This document shows, piece by piece, positions 7,459 to 18,300 of a stretch of 38,422 nt of DNA (positions are counted from its first letter, which is position 1; the number at the start of each line of letters is the position of its first letter). This DNA is from a virus. Lineage: Duplodnaviria > Heunggongvirae > Uroviricota > Caudoviricetes. The stretch covers positions 1 to 38,422 of IMG/VR virus record IMGVR_UViG_2925919700_000005, one strand, 5' to 3'. The notes under the pieces were generated by a model. That model searched no databases, had not been told where the DNA came from, and worked only from the letters and a program-made list of their open reading frames with translations. Made by a program: the position numbers and the translations under genes.

Positions 7459-9363
7459 ATGAAACTGATTTCAAATAAGGCAAAATTAAAAAAGATTCTT
7501 AAAAATATCTCTGCGGCAATTCGCCCACCTAAAACGATGAAACCTAGCGAATGGGTAGAGGCTAATGTAGTTGCAACCGATGGTGTTAAAGCCGGATCGC
7601 TAATTAAATTGCATCCCTTCCAACGTGGAATGATGGACGCGATCACCGAAGACCGTAGAAAAATTGTGTTTAAATGTTCGGCACAGTTGGGTAAGACCAT
7701 GATTCTTAACGGAATTATCTTCCATCGGATCGCGAGTAACCCTACTAATATTGGGGTGTTGCAAAGTAACGTTAGAGAACTAAATTCTTGGATCGCTGGT
7801 AAGGTGAAGCCAGTATTAGAGGCAACGCCAGAATTAAAGGCGATGATCACCGACAAATCAGACCGTAATGCCGTTAACAACTCATCGATTATTCAGCTTC
7901 GTAACGGATCATTCATGTATTTCATGTCGCTGAACAGTCCATCACACTTGCGCGGTAAAACACTCCCTTTGATTATTCTTGATGAAGTTGATGCGGCTGA
8001 TGAGTCAGACGAAGGGAACCCGATCCAGCTAGCGGAACAACGCGCAACCACTTTCGGGGAAGATGCAAGGATCGTAATTGCTTCCACTCCAACCGCTCGT
8101 GATGGGGCGATTAACCAACAATGGGAACTCTCGGATAAGAGAAAATATCATGTCGTTTGCCAGCATTGCGGACACAAGCACGTAATGGAATGGAGTAACG
8201 TACATTTCGATTGGCATACGATTAACGGTAAATCATTACCCAACCCAGATACAGCCGTTTACCGTTGCCCTGAATGTGAAACCGACTGGACCGAAGGGGA
8301 TCGCCTACGTGCTGTTGCTCAGGGAGAATGGGTCGCCACCGAACCAAACGCGGAAGTAATCGGTTTTCATGCTAACCGCCTTATGTCTCCGTTTAGTTCT
8401 ATCCGTGCGTGTGTGGTGGACTTTGCTGATAGCTACGCGAATATGTCGCTGGCAACGTTCTATAATGTGGTGCTCGGTGAAACCTTCGATGATCTTAACG
8501 AAGACCGCACAGCCGACGAATTAGAAACGCTGAAAACTGATATTAGCCTAGACAATATTCCTGATGATGTACTGGCTCTGGTTGGTGGAGTTGACCAGCA
8601 AAAAGACCGTCTGGAATCTACCTTGCTGGGTATTTCTCGTAAAGGGCTATGCGTAGTTGATCACCGATCATTCTATGATGTGAACTGCGAACGCCACGAA
8701 TCACCAGCATATAACCAGCTTTACAACTTCCTGAAAGCGAAATTCTATACCCGATCCGGTCAACGAATCCCGATGTTATCTGCTTTCGTGGACTCATCGA
8801 ACGGACGAGCTACAAACGTGATCTATCGATTCTGCACACAATGGCAAAACCTAACAGCCATTAAAGGGGCAAGCAATGTTGATGCTCCAATCCTTCCGGT
8901 CAAGGACACAAGAACGGGTGGTTTTACTCTTAAAATTCTGGGCGTAAACAACCTTAAGACGATGATCCGTGAAATGATTAACCGGAACTTGAGAGACAGC
9001 GATCCTCATACGGTCTTCCAGATTGGTGACGTTCCTGATGACTATTGCGAGCAATTGTTATCTGAACAGTTGAAACGGCAGGGTAATACCACACGTTGGG
9101 TAAAAGTTGGTCAGCAACGAAACGAGGCTCTCGACTGCCTGGCTTACTCCTATGCTGCTTCTCGCCATGTACTCAATAAAATGTCATGGGAAAAACTCGA
9201 AGCCATCAAAGATAGTTTGAACCGTGAACCAGAAGAACCCGTAGAAGCTCCTAAATCGCAATCTAACGAGCAAATAGAAGAAACTAAGCCAATCACACGA
9301 CCGCAACGTCAAAACATCGCCAGACGTCCAAATAGAGGCCGTAGCTGGGTAACATCGTTCTAA
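7459..9363 (+). CDS. terminase large subunit (lambda gpA-like ATPase/nuclease)
   Basis: Walker A CSAQLGKT and Walker B LPLIILDEVD; Cys/His cluster CQHCGH...CPEC; 634 aa, immediately upstream of the portal gene. Confidence 0.9.
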   Translation: MKLISNKAKLKKILKNISAAIRPPKTMKPSEWVEANVVATDGVKAGSLIKLHPFQRGMMDAITEDRRKIVFKCSAQLGKTMILNGIIFHRIASNPTNIGVLQSNVRELNSWIAGKVKPVLEATPELKAMITDKSDRNAVNNSSIIQLRNGSFMYFMSLNSPSHLRGKTLPLIILDEVDAADESDEGNPIQLAEQRATTFGEDARIVIASTPTARDGAINQQWELSDKRKYHVVCQHCGHKHVMEWSNVHFDWHTINGKSLPNPDTAVYRCPECETDWTEGDRLRAVAQGEWVATEPNAEVIGFHANRLMSPFSSIRACVVDFADSYANMSLATFYNVVLGETFDDLNEDRTADELETLKTDISLDNIPDDVLALVGGVDQQKDRLESTLLGISRKGLCVVDHRSFYDVNCERHESPAYNQLYNFLKAKFYTRSGQRIPMLSAFVDSSNGRATNVIYRFCTQWQNLTAIKGASNVDAPILPVKDTRTGGFTLKILGVNNLKTMIREMINRNLRDSDPHTVFQIGDVPDDYCEQLLSEQLKRQGNTTRWVKVGQQRNEALDCLAYSYAASRHVLNKMSWEKLEAIKDSLNREPEEPVEAPKSQSNEQIEETKPITRPQRQNIARRPNRGRSWVTSF

Positions 9364-9435
9364 TAACTCGCCGTCCTTCGGGGCGGCTTACTCCTAAATA
9401 TTGTTAATCCAATAACAATTAAATAAGGGGTAATT

Positions 9436-9930
9436 ATGAGTTTAGAACTAATTCCCTTAGTAATTCGTAAAGGCGAAAAAATCACGCTGGCGAATGAAGA
9501 GGGTGTAACCATTCAGGTCGGAAATAGTAAAGCTATCGTTTATCAAGTCGATGATGCACCGGAAAATCACGAGATTAAAACATTAGATTTTGCCGAGGGT
9601 AAATATACCATCGTAATAACTTTTGATGAAGAACTGGTATCAATGCAGGAATTAACTGTTTTACCAGTCTTTGCCAAACAATCCAAAAAACAGTATCTGC
9701 GGGAAACTATCGCCTTAATCGAGCAAGTTATTTTCGCCCGTTTATCTGGGGACGAAGCCGCATTATCTGCAATGACCGTGAAAGGGAATACTTTCGCCTA
9801 TGAGTCATTGGGTGTTCTCCAGACTCTAAAAGTCGATTATGAACGTCAGTTATCTAAAGTAATTCAAGCCGAACGACGTAAACAGGGAATTAGCCCTATT
9901 AAAAATATCAAATTACGTCTTACGCGATAA
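9436..9930 (+). CDS. hypothetical head-assembly region protein (164 aa)
   Basis: AAGGGGTAATT-ATG initiation region; lies between the terminase and portal genes. Confidence 0.6.
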   Translation: MSLELIPLVIRKGEKITLANEEGVTIQVGNSKAIVYQVDDAPENHEIKTLDFAEGKYTIVITFDEELVSMQELTVLPVFAKQSKKQYLRETIALIEQVIFARLSGDEAALSAMTVKGNTFAYESLGVLQTLKVDYERQLSKVIQAERRKQGISPIKNIKLRLTR

Positions 9931-9940
9931 GGGGTAAATC

Positions 9941-11452
9941 ATGTTTAATCTTTTTCGACGCAAAAAGGCGGTAGAAACTCCAGTTAAAACTAATCACCGC
10001 CAGCAACAACAAAAAATCTTTATCGACAAACAAGTAGAAAAATTCCAGAAAGATTTGTCTAAGCGTTCTTTGGGCTTAGTCGGTGATCGCATTGATGGAC
10101 AGCTTCAACAAGACACCATTACAGGAACCTTCAATAAGGCTCTCAAATCGAACGGTAAGCGCCTTTATGATCAGGGTCGTACTCTGGCTATAAACAATGC
10201 TGTAGGTAAGCGATACAAGCAGTATATCGTTGACCAAGTTGTTGGTACGGGGCTTGATCCGAAACCATCAATCGTTAAATCAAATGGCAAACTTGACACC
10301 GCACTGAATAAGCAGATCGAGAATGCTTTCTGGAAGTGGGCGCAGAGTGCTAAACGCTTCTCTCGCAACGGTCGCTTTAACTTCCGTGAAATGCTGGCAA
10401 TGGCAGAATCTGAACGTGTTCAGGGTGGAGAATGCTTCATCGTTTTAACCAAAGAGAACAATGAGTTACAAGTTTCTATTCTGTCTGCTGATAGGTGCGA
10501 CTGGTCGCTTAGTCGTGAAATAAGCAAAGAACGTGCGATCTATCAGGGGATTGAGTATGACGTAGACACAATGCGCCCTGTAGCATACTGGTTTAGAAAA
10601 ATCAATCTACTGACTCAGACCTACACTGGCGAAAATTATCGCGTAGATGCTTCTCAGGTGTGCCACTACTACCAGCCACTGTGCGCGGAAAGTTTACGTG
10701 GTGTGACTGACTTCCTGCCAGTGATTAAGGATATTGCGCATCAAGAAGCGTTCCGCGAAACCGCGATCGTCCAGAAACGTATTGCGGCTAGTTCTATGGG
10801 CTTTATCGAACGTCCTAAAGATTCTGGTGACGATTTTGATACTGGTGAAGAGGATGAACAATATCAAGCGCCGGAAGTAGTACAGGACTTTGCACCGGGT
10901 ACTATTCAGGAATTGCCGGAAGGGGCAACAATCAAGAGCATTCAATCATCGCAAAATGGCGATGACTTTAACAGCTTCAATGATGCGATGTTCACTAGCG
11001 TATCAATGGGCTTAGGCGTGTTCAAACAGGGCTTAACAGGAGATTGTTCACAGATCAACTACTCAGCCGCACGTTTTGGTGAATTAACTCAGCGTAACCG
11101 CATTAAAGCACTGCAAAACAAATTAATTGAAACAGTGGTATTGCCAATTTTCGAAGCATATCTACGCCATTATTCCGCGCGTGGTATTGTTCCGATTCGT
11201 ATTACTGCAATTCCTCATATTATCGATAACACTACTATTATTCGTCCGCGTTTTGAATCCGTCGATCCTATTAAAGACGTAAACGCCGAGATTGCTTTAA
11301 TTCAAAATGGTCTTAAATCACGTACTGCTGTTATTCTTGAACGTGGTGATGATCCTGAAAAAGTATTCTCAGAGATTCAAGCCGAAAAGAGCGCACTAAA
11401 TATTATCGTTGATGGTGAGAGCAAGGATAACCCTTCTCAAACCGATCCCTAA
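9941..11452 (+). CDS. portal protein
   Basis: 503-aa ORF between the terminase large subunit and the protease/capsid gene, the canonical portal position; size and acidic C-terminus fit. Confidence 0.8.
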   Translation: MFNLFRRKKAVETPVKTNHRQQQQKIFIDKQVEKFQKDLSKRSLGLVGDRIDGQLQQDTITGTFNKALKSNGKRLYDQGRTLAINNAVGKRYKQYIVDQVVGTGLDPKPSIVKSNGKLDTALNKQIENAFWKWAQSAKRFSRNGRFNFREMLAMAESERVQGGECFIVLTKENNELQVSILSADRCDWSLSREISKERAIYQGIEYDVDTMRPVAYWFRKINLLTQTYTGENYRVDASQVCHYYQPLCAESLRGVTDFLPVIKDIAHQEAFRETAIVQKRIAASSMGFIERPKDSGDDFDTGEEDEQYQAPEVVQDFAPGTIQELPEGATIKSIQSSQNGDDFNSFNDAMFTSVSMGLGVFKQGLTGDCSQINYSAARFGELTQRNRIKALQNKLIETVVLPIFEAYLRHYSARGIVPIRITAIPHIIDNTTIIRPRFESVDPIKDVNAEIALIQNGLKSRTAVILERGDDPEKVFSEIQAEKSALNIIVDGESKDNPSQTDP

Positions 11453-11497
11453 TAACCAACGGGGGCGCAATGCCCCCAATTAATTAAAGGTGATTAA

Positions 11498-13507
11498 ATG
11501 CTTAAATTTCGCCGCGATCTTAACGGTTACGGTGGAGTTATTAACGAAGGGCATAACGATCAATACGAGTTTGAAATTGCTTTCTCAAGTACACAGCCTT
11601 ATCAGCGCCAATTTTGGGATGAGCAAAATCAAGAAATGGTGGTATTAGATGAAATTCTGGTACATACACCGGAAGCGGTTGATCTGTCTCGTCTGAATAA
11701 TAACGCTCCGTTGCTGTTCAATCATAATTTCGATAATCACATTGGTGTCGTTTGTAACGCTCGAATCGATGCGGATAACGTAGGCCGTGCTCTGGTTAAA
11801 TTCTCTAAGCATGGGACTTTGGCTAATGATATTCGTAATAAAGTCATTGAAGGTACGATGGAAAAAATTTCTGTCGGTTATGACATTAAAGAATATCACA
11901 TCGACTACGCTAAATCGCAACTCATTGTTTCTAAATGGATTCCTCACGAAATTTCGTGGGTCACGGTGCCAGCGGACGATTCGGTCGGTTTAAATCGCTC
12001 TCTAAATACTATCACAGTTAATTTGGAGGCTAAACGCGATATGACTAAAGAACAAATCGAACAAGTTAAAGACGAAGAAGAAAAAGAAGTCGCTCAGGTT
12101 GAAGAAACTCCGGTAGAAGAAAATAAAGAATCGGAAGTTGAAGAAACTCAAGAGCGCCAAGTTGAAGAGAATGAAGAAAATGAAAATCTCGAAGACGGAA
12201 AAGACGCTGAACATCCTGAAAGTGTTGATGATGATAGTTCAACTGTTCGGGAAGCAGAAGAAATAAAAGAAGAACGTGAAGCTGCTCCGGTTGAAGAAGA
12301 AAAAATCGAAGAAGTGGCTGAACGTTCCGAAGAAGACGAAGAAGAAATTCGCGAAATTGCACGCGAACTAAATATTGATGACGAAGAATTGAAACGCGCA
12401 TTGGCAAATAAAGAAATGACGCCGGAAGCATTCCGCACTAAGGCACTAAATAACATTACCAATGCTCAACGTAATAACGAACAAATTAAGGACTCTAAAA
12501 TGGAAAAAACTTTTGACCTGAACAACGTAATTCGCTCTCTGGTAGATGGTGAAGCTCTGGGTGCTAACGAAGCCGAGTTTTCTGCAATGGCTGCTACTGC
12601 AACTATGCAGCGTGGTCGTGCTGCTCGTGGTGGCTCTGTATTCGTTCCGGCTGCTGCTATGCGTGCTGCTGCTGCTGGTAACACCAAAGCCGATCTGACT
12701 GCTATCACCGACGAAAAACTGATGACTGAATCCTACATCGAAATGCTGATGCCGGAATCTGTTCTGGGTCGTCTGGGTGTGACTGTTTACAGTGGCTTGA
12801 ATGCTCCGACCGCTATTCCAAAAATGACTAAATCCAGCGTTGATGCTTTCGGCTTCGTTGATGAAAACGGTGCTGCGCCGGAAAGCAAAGCTGAATTTGC
12901 GAACGTGAAACTGTCTCCTAAGACTTTCGCTGGTGGCAACCCGATTAGCCGTCAGTCTCTGAAAACCGTTCCGGGTATCGCTACCCTGATCACTGACCAC
13001 ATTAACAAAGCTGTTCGTATCAAACTGGAACAACTGATTCTGTCTGACAAAGAAAATGCTCGTGGTCCGGCTGGTCTGGTTAAACAACTGGTAGACGGTG
13101 GTCGCGTAGAGAAGAAAGCTGCTTTCTCTTACAAAGATTTCCTGAAAGAAATTGCTAAACTGACCGACGCTGGCGTTCCTGCTCAGGCGATCAAGTTTGC
13201 GATGAGCGGTGCAACTGCTGCCGAACTGGAATCTACCCTGAAAGATAACGGCGTTTCCGGTTATATCATCGAAAACGGCAAACTGGCTGGTTACGAAGTA
13301 GTTACTTCTGGTGTTATTCCGGCAGATCACATCGTTCTGGGTGACTTCTCCGGCATCACTATCGGTGAGTGGGGCGGTCTGGAACTGGATATGGACGACA
13401 CTACCTACCGTGCACAGTCTGCTATCGTTCCGCGTATCTGGGTAGATCTGGATTATGTTGTTACTCAGCCGGAAGCTCTGAAAGTTCTTCACCTCTCCGC
13501 TGAATGA
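11498..13507 (+). CDS. prohead protease - scaffold-like acidic linker - major capsid protein fusion (HK97-type)
   Basis: N-terminal ~170 aa carry an S78-protease-like motif HEISWVTVPADD; aa ~190-330 are an E/K-rich coiled coil; the C-terminal ~330 aa look like an HK97-fold capsid protein; terminator follows. Confidence 0.75.
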   Translation: MLKFRRDLNGYGGVINEGHNDQYEFEIAFSSTQPYQRQFWDEQNQEMVVLDEILVHTPEAVDLSRLNNNAPLLFNHNFDNHIGVVCNARIDADNVGRALVKFSKHGTLANDIRNKVIEGTMEKISVGYDIKEYHIDYAKSQLIVSKWIPHEISWVTVPADDSVGLNRSLNTITVNLEAKRDMTKEQIEQVKDEEEKEVAQVEETPVEENKESEVEETQERQVEENEENENLEDGKDAEHPESVDDDSSTVREAEEIKEEREAAPVEEEKIEEVAERSEEDEEEIREIARELNIDDEELKRALANKEMTPEAFRTKALNNITNAQRNNEQIKDSKMEKTFDLNNVIRSLVDGEALGANEAEFSAMAATATMQRGRAARGGSVFVPAAAMRAAAAGNTKADLTAITDEKLMTESYIEMLMPESVLGRLGVTVYSGLNAPTAIPKMTKSSVDAFGFVDENGAAPESKAEFANVKLSPKTFAGGNPISRQSLKTVPGIATLITDHINKAVRIKLEQLILSDKENARGPAGLVKQLVDGGRVEKKAAFSYKDFLKEIAKLTDAGVPAQAIKFAMSGATAAELESTLKDNGVSGYIIENGKLAGYEVVTSGVIPADHIVLGDFSGITIGEWGGLELDMDDTTYRAQSAIVPRIWVDLDYVVTQPEALKVLHLSAE

Positions 13508-13647
13508 AATAACGTAGAACCTTCTGTACCTTCCCCCGATTTGGGGGAAGAAAATCTGATTCCATCTCAGGAAGAAGAATCCCAGACGGTTACGGCGAAA
13601 GCCCCAGCTAAAAAGGTGGGACGTCCACCGAAAGCAAAATAATAATT

Positions 13648-13676
13648 AGCCCTGCCTAACGGTGGGGCTTTTTTGT
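13648..13676 (+). terminator. Rho-independent terminator after the capsid gene
   Basis: AGCCCTGCC-TAAC-GGTGGGGCT stem followed by TTTTTTG. Confidence 0.7.
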
Positions 13677-13704
13677 ATGTAAATACTCCATAAAGGGGGT
13701 AACT

Positions 13705-13995
13705 ATGTTCAAATTATCAGAATCACAATTATCAAGAATGTTCCGAAGTGCTCCTGTATTTTCGGTGGAAGGTGGTAAATCAATTCGTGCTTATCATGAA
13801 ATTACTACTACCGACGAACAAGGGGTAATGACAGAAACAGAGTTTCTATTTTGTCGTGAGGGAGACTTAAAGCAAGGTGATATTGTCATTGTAGAAAATC
13901 AGCGTTTCAAAGTTCAATACGTTAAGCGCAATGGTGACAATACAACTGATTGCTTTATCACTCTGGCAGGGGGTACACATGCTCGCTACCGTTAA
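13705..13995 (+). CDS. putative head-tail connector/adaptor protein (96 aa)
   Basis: AAAGGGGGTAACT-ATG; position directly after the capsid gene; functional call is by position only. Confidence 0.5.
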   Translation: MFKLSESQLSRMFRSAPVFSVEGGKSIRAYHEITTTDEQGVMTETEFLFCREGDLKQGDIVIVENQRFKVQYVKRNGDNTTDCFITLAGGTHARYR

Positions 13996-14401
13996 TAACA
14001 TGCCTAGACTGAAAATCAAACGCGCCTTGCAAGATATTATCGAACAAGATTTAGGTCTGGCTTTAAACGTAGAACAAACTCAGCAAGGCTTTAGTGATGA
14101 CGTGGTTTGTTGGATCACCGGAATGAATGAGACTTACACGCGTGTTCGTGGCGGTAATGCAATGCAAGCTGAATGTGTTATCGAAATGCAATTGTATTCT
14201 CAGATTCATGAAACCAAAATTCATGAGGGTATTTGCCAGATAATCCAGATTCAGCCGGATAACCCACGATTTAAAGATTTGGGCTTCTCTATTTCAGATA
14301 TCACTCCAGTAGCTTCTAATACCGATTATGACGATGATTCTAGTGATGGGGGTATCGTTGGGACACTTAGCCTTAAATTTTCTTATCTAGCGCGTTTTTA
14401 A
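13979..14401 (+). CDS. putative head-tail joining / tail terminator-like protein (140 aa)
   Basis: ATG 13979 has an AGGGGG SD and overlaps the upstream stop (coupling); the track's 13931 start is in the same frame. Confidence 0.5.
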   Translation: MLATVNNMPRLKIKRALQDIIEQDLGLALNVEQTQQGFSDDVVCWITGMNETYTRVRGGNAMQAECVIEMQLYSQIHETKIHEGICQIIQIQPDNPRFKDLGFSISDITPVASNTDYDDDSSDGGIVGTLSLKFSYLARF

Positions 14402-14410
14402 GGGGTAATA

Positions 14411-15244
14411 ATGAATATTACACAAGATAACTTAGACATTTTCACGGGGTCGCATGTTGAAGTCTCCGTGTCTACTATGGTGGATAACCAGCCGGATTTT
14501 TTCGATCCTGCATTTAGTCCTATCGAGAACATCGCAGCATTCCCGACGATAACCGAATCCACAGAGATCCAGACGTTAGAAGAGTATGATCAGGACGCTA
14601 CGGGTAAACTTGCTGGCTATCGTAAACTTGAATCAACTACGTTAGTAGTAAACCGTGTTCTGGATGACGAACATCAAGACATGTTGATGAAAGCGGTGAA
14701 TGATAAAACTCCTTTACGCTTTCGTATGTTCTATGTTGTGAACTCTGGTTACAGTGCTGCTAACACAGGTTACTACGTCATCTTTGACGCTTTCGTCTCG
14801 TCACATAAAACAAAATCCGGCGATAACAAAGCTGTAACACTGGAATTTAAACTTGAACCAGATGGCGGGATTTTGGCAAGGGGTATTGCTACCGAAGGCC
14901 GGATCTTACGTCAGGGTGATTTTGGTATTGGTGCTGGTGTAAATCCATTCACTGGTCCGATTGATAGCGAAGCATTAGCCGGAAACCGTTTCGTAACTTA
15001 TCAGGGATCAAGCGCATCTAATCCATTTAGTGCTGATACTTCACTAATTCACGTTCAACCTAATGAAGATGGTGGATGGCAATTAACTTGCACCGCTTCC
15101 GGCGCACCACGTTTACGAGTTCGCACAGTCCAGAAAGACGGTAATTCGGGATGGGTGAAAGTGTATTCCACAGAAGAAAAACCGACACCAGCCGAGATTG
15201 AAGCCGTTTCTATCCATGACCGGATCGATTTCGGGGAATACTGA
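14411..15244 (+). CDS. virion structural protein (277 aa); C-terminus shares a KPTPAEI motif with the tail fibre
   Basis: AAGGGGTAATA-ATG; C-terminal EEKPTPAEIEAVS versus fibre DKPTPAEIGAYS; hairpin and T-rich tract follow. Confidence 0.55.
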   Translation: MNITQDNLDIFTGSHVEVSVSTMVDNQPDFFDPAFSPIENIAAFPTITESTEIQTLEEYDQDATGKLAGYRKLESTTLVVNRVLDDEHQDMLMKAVNDKTPLRFRMFYVVNSGYSAANTGYYVIFDAFVSSHKTKSGDNKAVTLEFKLEPDGGILARGIATEGRILRQGDFGIGAGVNPFTGPIDSEALAGNRFVTYQGSSASNPFSADTSLIHVQPNEDGGWQLTCTASGAPRLRVRTVQKDGNSGWVKVYSTEEKPTPAEIEAVSIHDRIDFGEY

Positions 15245-15317
15245 TTGCTTCTCTAAATAAAACATGACGCGGGAGGTTAACGCCTCCCTTATTCCTGTTT
15301 TATAGTGAGGTGATTCG

Positions 15318-18300
15318 ATGCAGTCGATCCAATTTAAACGAACAAATGTTTCTGGCAAAAAACCAACGCCGGAACAATTACAGGTCGGTGAGGTGGCAAT
15401 CAACCTTAAAGACCATGTTATTTTTACCAAAGACCGAGATCATGAAGTAGTTCAAATCTCTGTTTCTCCTGAAACTCACGCGGCACTAGAATCTAAAGTT
15501 GATGCTAACAAACAAGAATTGGATAGCACAATTGCAGTAAATGACCGCAATATTCACGCTAAAGTAGATGAAATTAAACAAACTACTGATTCTACTATCG
15601 CAGCAAATCACGCAGAAATTAACAATAAAGTTGATGTAATTAAACGCGAAACCGACGCGACAATCGAGGCCAATAAAAATAAAGCTGCTTCCGATCTTGC
15701 TGGTGTTAAAGCTGAATTGTCGGATACTATCAACGCTAATAAAAATGCGGCTGCTGTAGCAACTCAGGAACTGGACACCCGCATCAATAAAAAAGTTGAT
15801 GATATTAAATCCCGTACTGATGCAACCATCGCAAGCAATCACAAAGCAATCAATGACAAGGTTGATTTGATTAAGGCAGAAACTGACCGCACTATCGCAG
15901 CAAATCAAGCCTATGCGGAAAATCAGTTAACTGACACCTACAATAACCTTACTGGTGTGATTGCAGCTAATAAGCAAGAGGCAGCGGATAGCGTCGCAGC
16001 ATTAACCCGTGATGTTGAAGCCAAAAATTCAGCAATTCATAGCAAAGTTGACAATAACAAGTCTTACACTGATTCTGAACTTGCACGTTTAGAAAGCCGT
16101 ATTGATGCAGCCGATGGATCTGCTGATGGCAAGTACATCAAAAAACACGTAAACACTTATACTGATGGTTATTTGCTGTCTAAGACCGCAAACTATTTTG
16201 ATGATCCAAATGCGCGTAATCTTAATTACTTTGGTGCATTCCGCATGAATGACCTGGCGGGTCATATTGCAATGATCTTGCATGTTCCGCATCCATCTGG
16301 TGTTAATCATGCTCGTGGCTTTGAGTTCACTTATGGGTCTAATCCGGTTCATACGGTAAGAACATACGGCTATGATGAATTGGGTCATTTGGCATATTCT
16401 CACCGCATGTATCATGAAGGTGATAAACCTACTCCTGCCGAAATTGGCGCATATTCGAAAGCAGAAATTGACCGACTGTTCCAGAAGACGCTTAATTTTG
16501 GGATCGAGGGTGGTTGGTTTAAACTAGGCACTTTGACAATGCCACAGCAACACGGTCGTAGTGCTAAGATCCGCTTAGTTGGTGGTAACGGTTATAACGT
16601 CGGGATGAATGGACAAGCCAATATTATCGAATTGGTGATTCGATGCGGCAACAATAGCCCGAAAGGTGTTGTATTCAATGCGTATTATACTATTTGGCAT
16701 TATGAACAACATTTTTGCGCTATTCCAACCGATGGCGACAATTACGATCTTTACGCTTACTACGGTGCACATACAGGATTTGTTTTAGCAGAATATCAAG
16801 TTTCTTCCGGTGGTGTTTCTTTAAACCTGTTGGATACTCCTGAATATCTGGGTGGTGAAAAACCTGTTGCAGATGAAATTTTTGATGCTCTTAACATTTC
16901 ATCGTTCACTAACTTTAGCAACCGTGGAACGTTAAATTTTGCGGGAAACCATCAAGGCCAATATGACATTGAGCATTTGAACGAACAACAAACTAACAGC
17001 AAAAAGATGTTGCGTCGCTTCCGTAGTTCTGCTCCTGCCACTATCTGGCATGAGACAGTTGATGATAACGCATATCGTCTTGCTACTGGATACGAAGATA
17101 CAAATCAGGAATTATTGCTGACAGCAACAACCGGGTTACATGTCAAGAGATTAACATTGGATGGTGGTGCTGCTGGTGGAAATGCTGGTATTGATATTCG
17201 TCGAGGACCAAACGAATCAAGCCATTTTAATTTTATGGATTATCGAACTGGTCAAGATGTTCGTAATGGCTGGTTTGGTTTTGGTGATTTGACGACCAAA
17301 GATTTTATTTGGTGGAACGATAACGGTCAAAACTCGATAAACTTGATCGAAAACGGTGAATTGCATATTACTGGCGGTAAAGGCCAGAAAATTGTAATGA
17401 ATAGCGAAGTTGCATTATCTGAAAATGCTCGTTTGGCTGTTAAAGGTGGCAATTATGGCTTAATTTTTAGAAATGATGGTACTGGTTTCCATATACTGAC
17501 TACCGATTTAAAAGATTCTTTTGGAAATTGGAATAATCGTAGACCATTCAGCTATAATTTTGATGATGGTGGACTATATTTAGGTGGCACTGAAACTGCT
17601 CGTTGTTTGCATCTGGGAATTGATGGTAGCACCCGTCTTGAGGAGAACTTAGTTTTCAGGGCGGGATCTCGTCAATCAATGGACTATATTGAAATGATCC
17701 ATTGGGGTAACAGTAATACCGCTCGTGACAACGTTTTGAGTATGAAAGACTCGAAAGGATTCCTTGCTGAATTTGAACGCGTGGGTGGGACTAACGGCGT
17801 TAAAACCAGATTCTTTGGTGAAACCTTCACTGACGGTACATTATACCTAAATCAGATGAATAATAGCTCTGAACGATTCTCTATCAACAATTGGGGAAAT
17901 TCAGAAGTTGGACGCGCGGCAGTAATGGAAATCGGTGATTCCAAAGGTTATCACTTCTATACTGAACGCAGGACAGATAACAGTTTGGCGTTTGATGTTG
18001 CTGGCGCTTTTACTGTGCATGGACCTAACGGAATAACCATCAAAAACTCAACTGGTGCACGCCATATCTGGTTTAGAGATGATAGCGATGCAGAAAAGGC
18101 TGTTATCTGGGCTACAGATGAGGGTATTTTACATATACGAAATAATCATGGGGGTTCATTTAGTCATCACTTCCAGGGTGCAATGATTAAAGCGGGAGAG
18201 CAAGTTCCTTATAATAGTGAATACGCTCTTATCCGTGGTGAGGTTTCTGGTGGTGCATGGGATGACTGGCGCAACCGTCCTGCTGGTATTCTCTTAGATT

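Noticed and set aside
12002-13492. Minus-strand ORFs (up to 348 aa) within the capsid gene
   Set aside because: They are antisense to a strongly supported structural gene; the translations are repetitive (Leu/Phe/Ser-rich) and follow the codon periodicity of the plus-strand gene.
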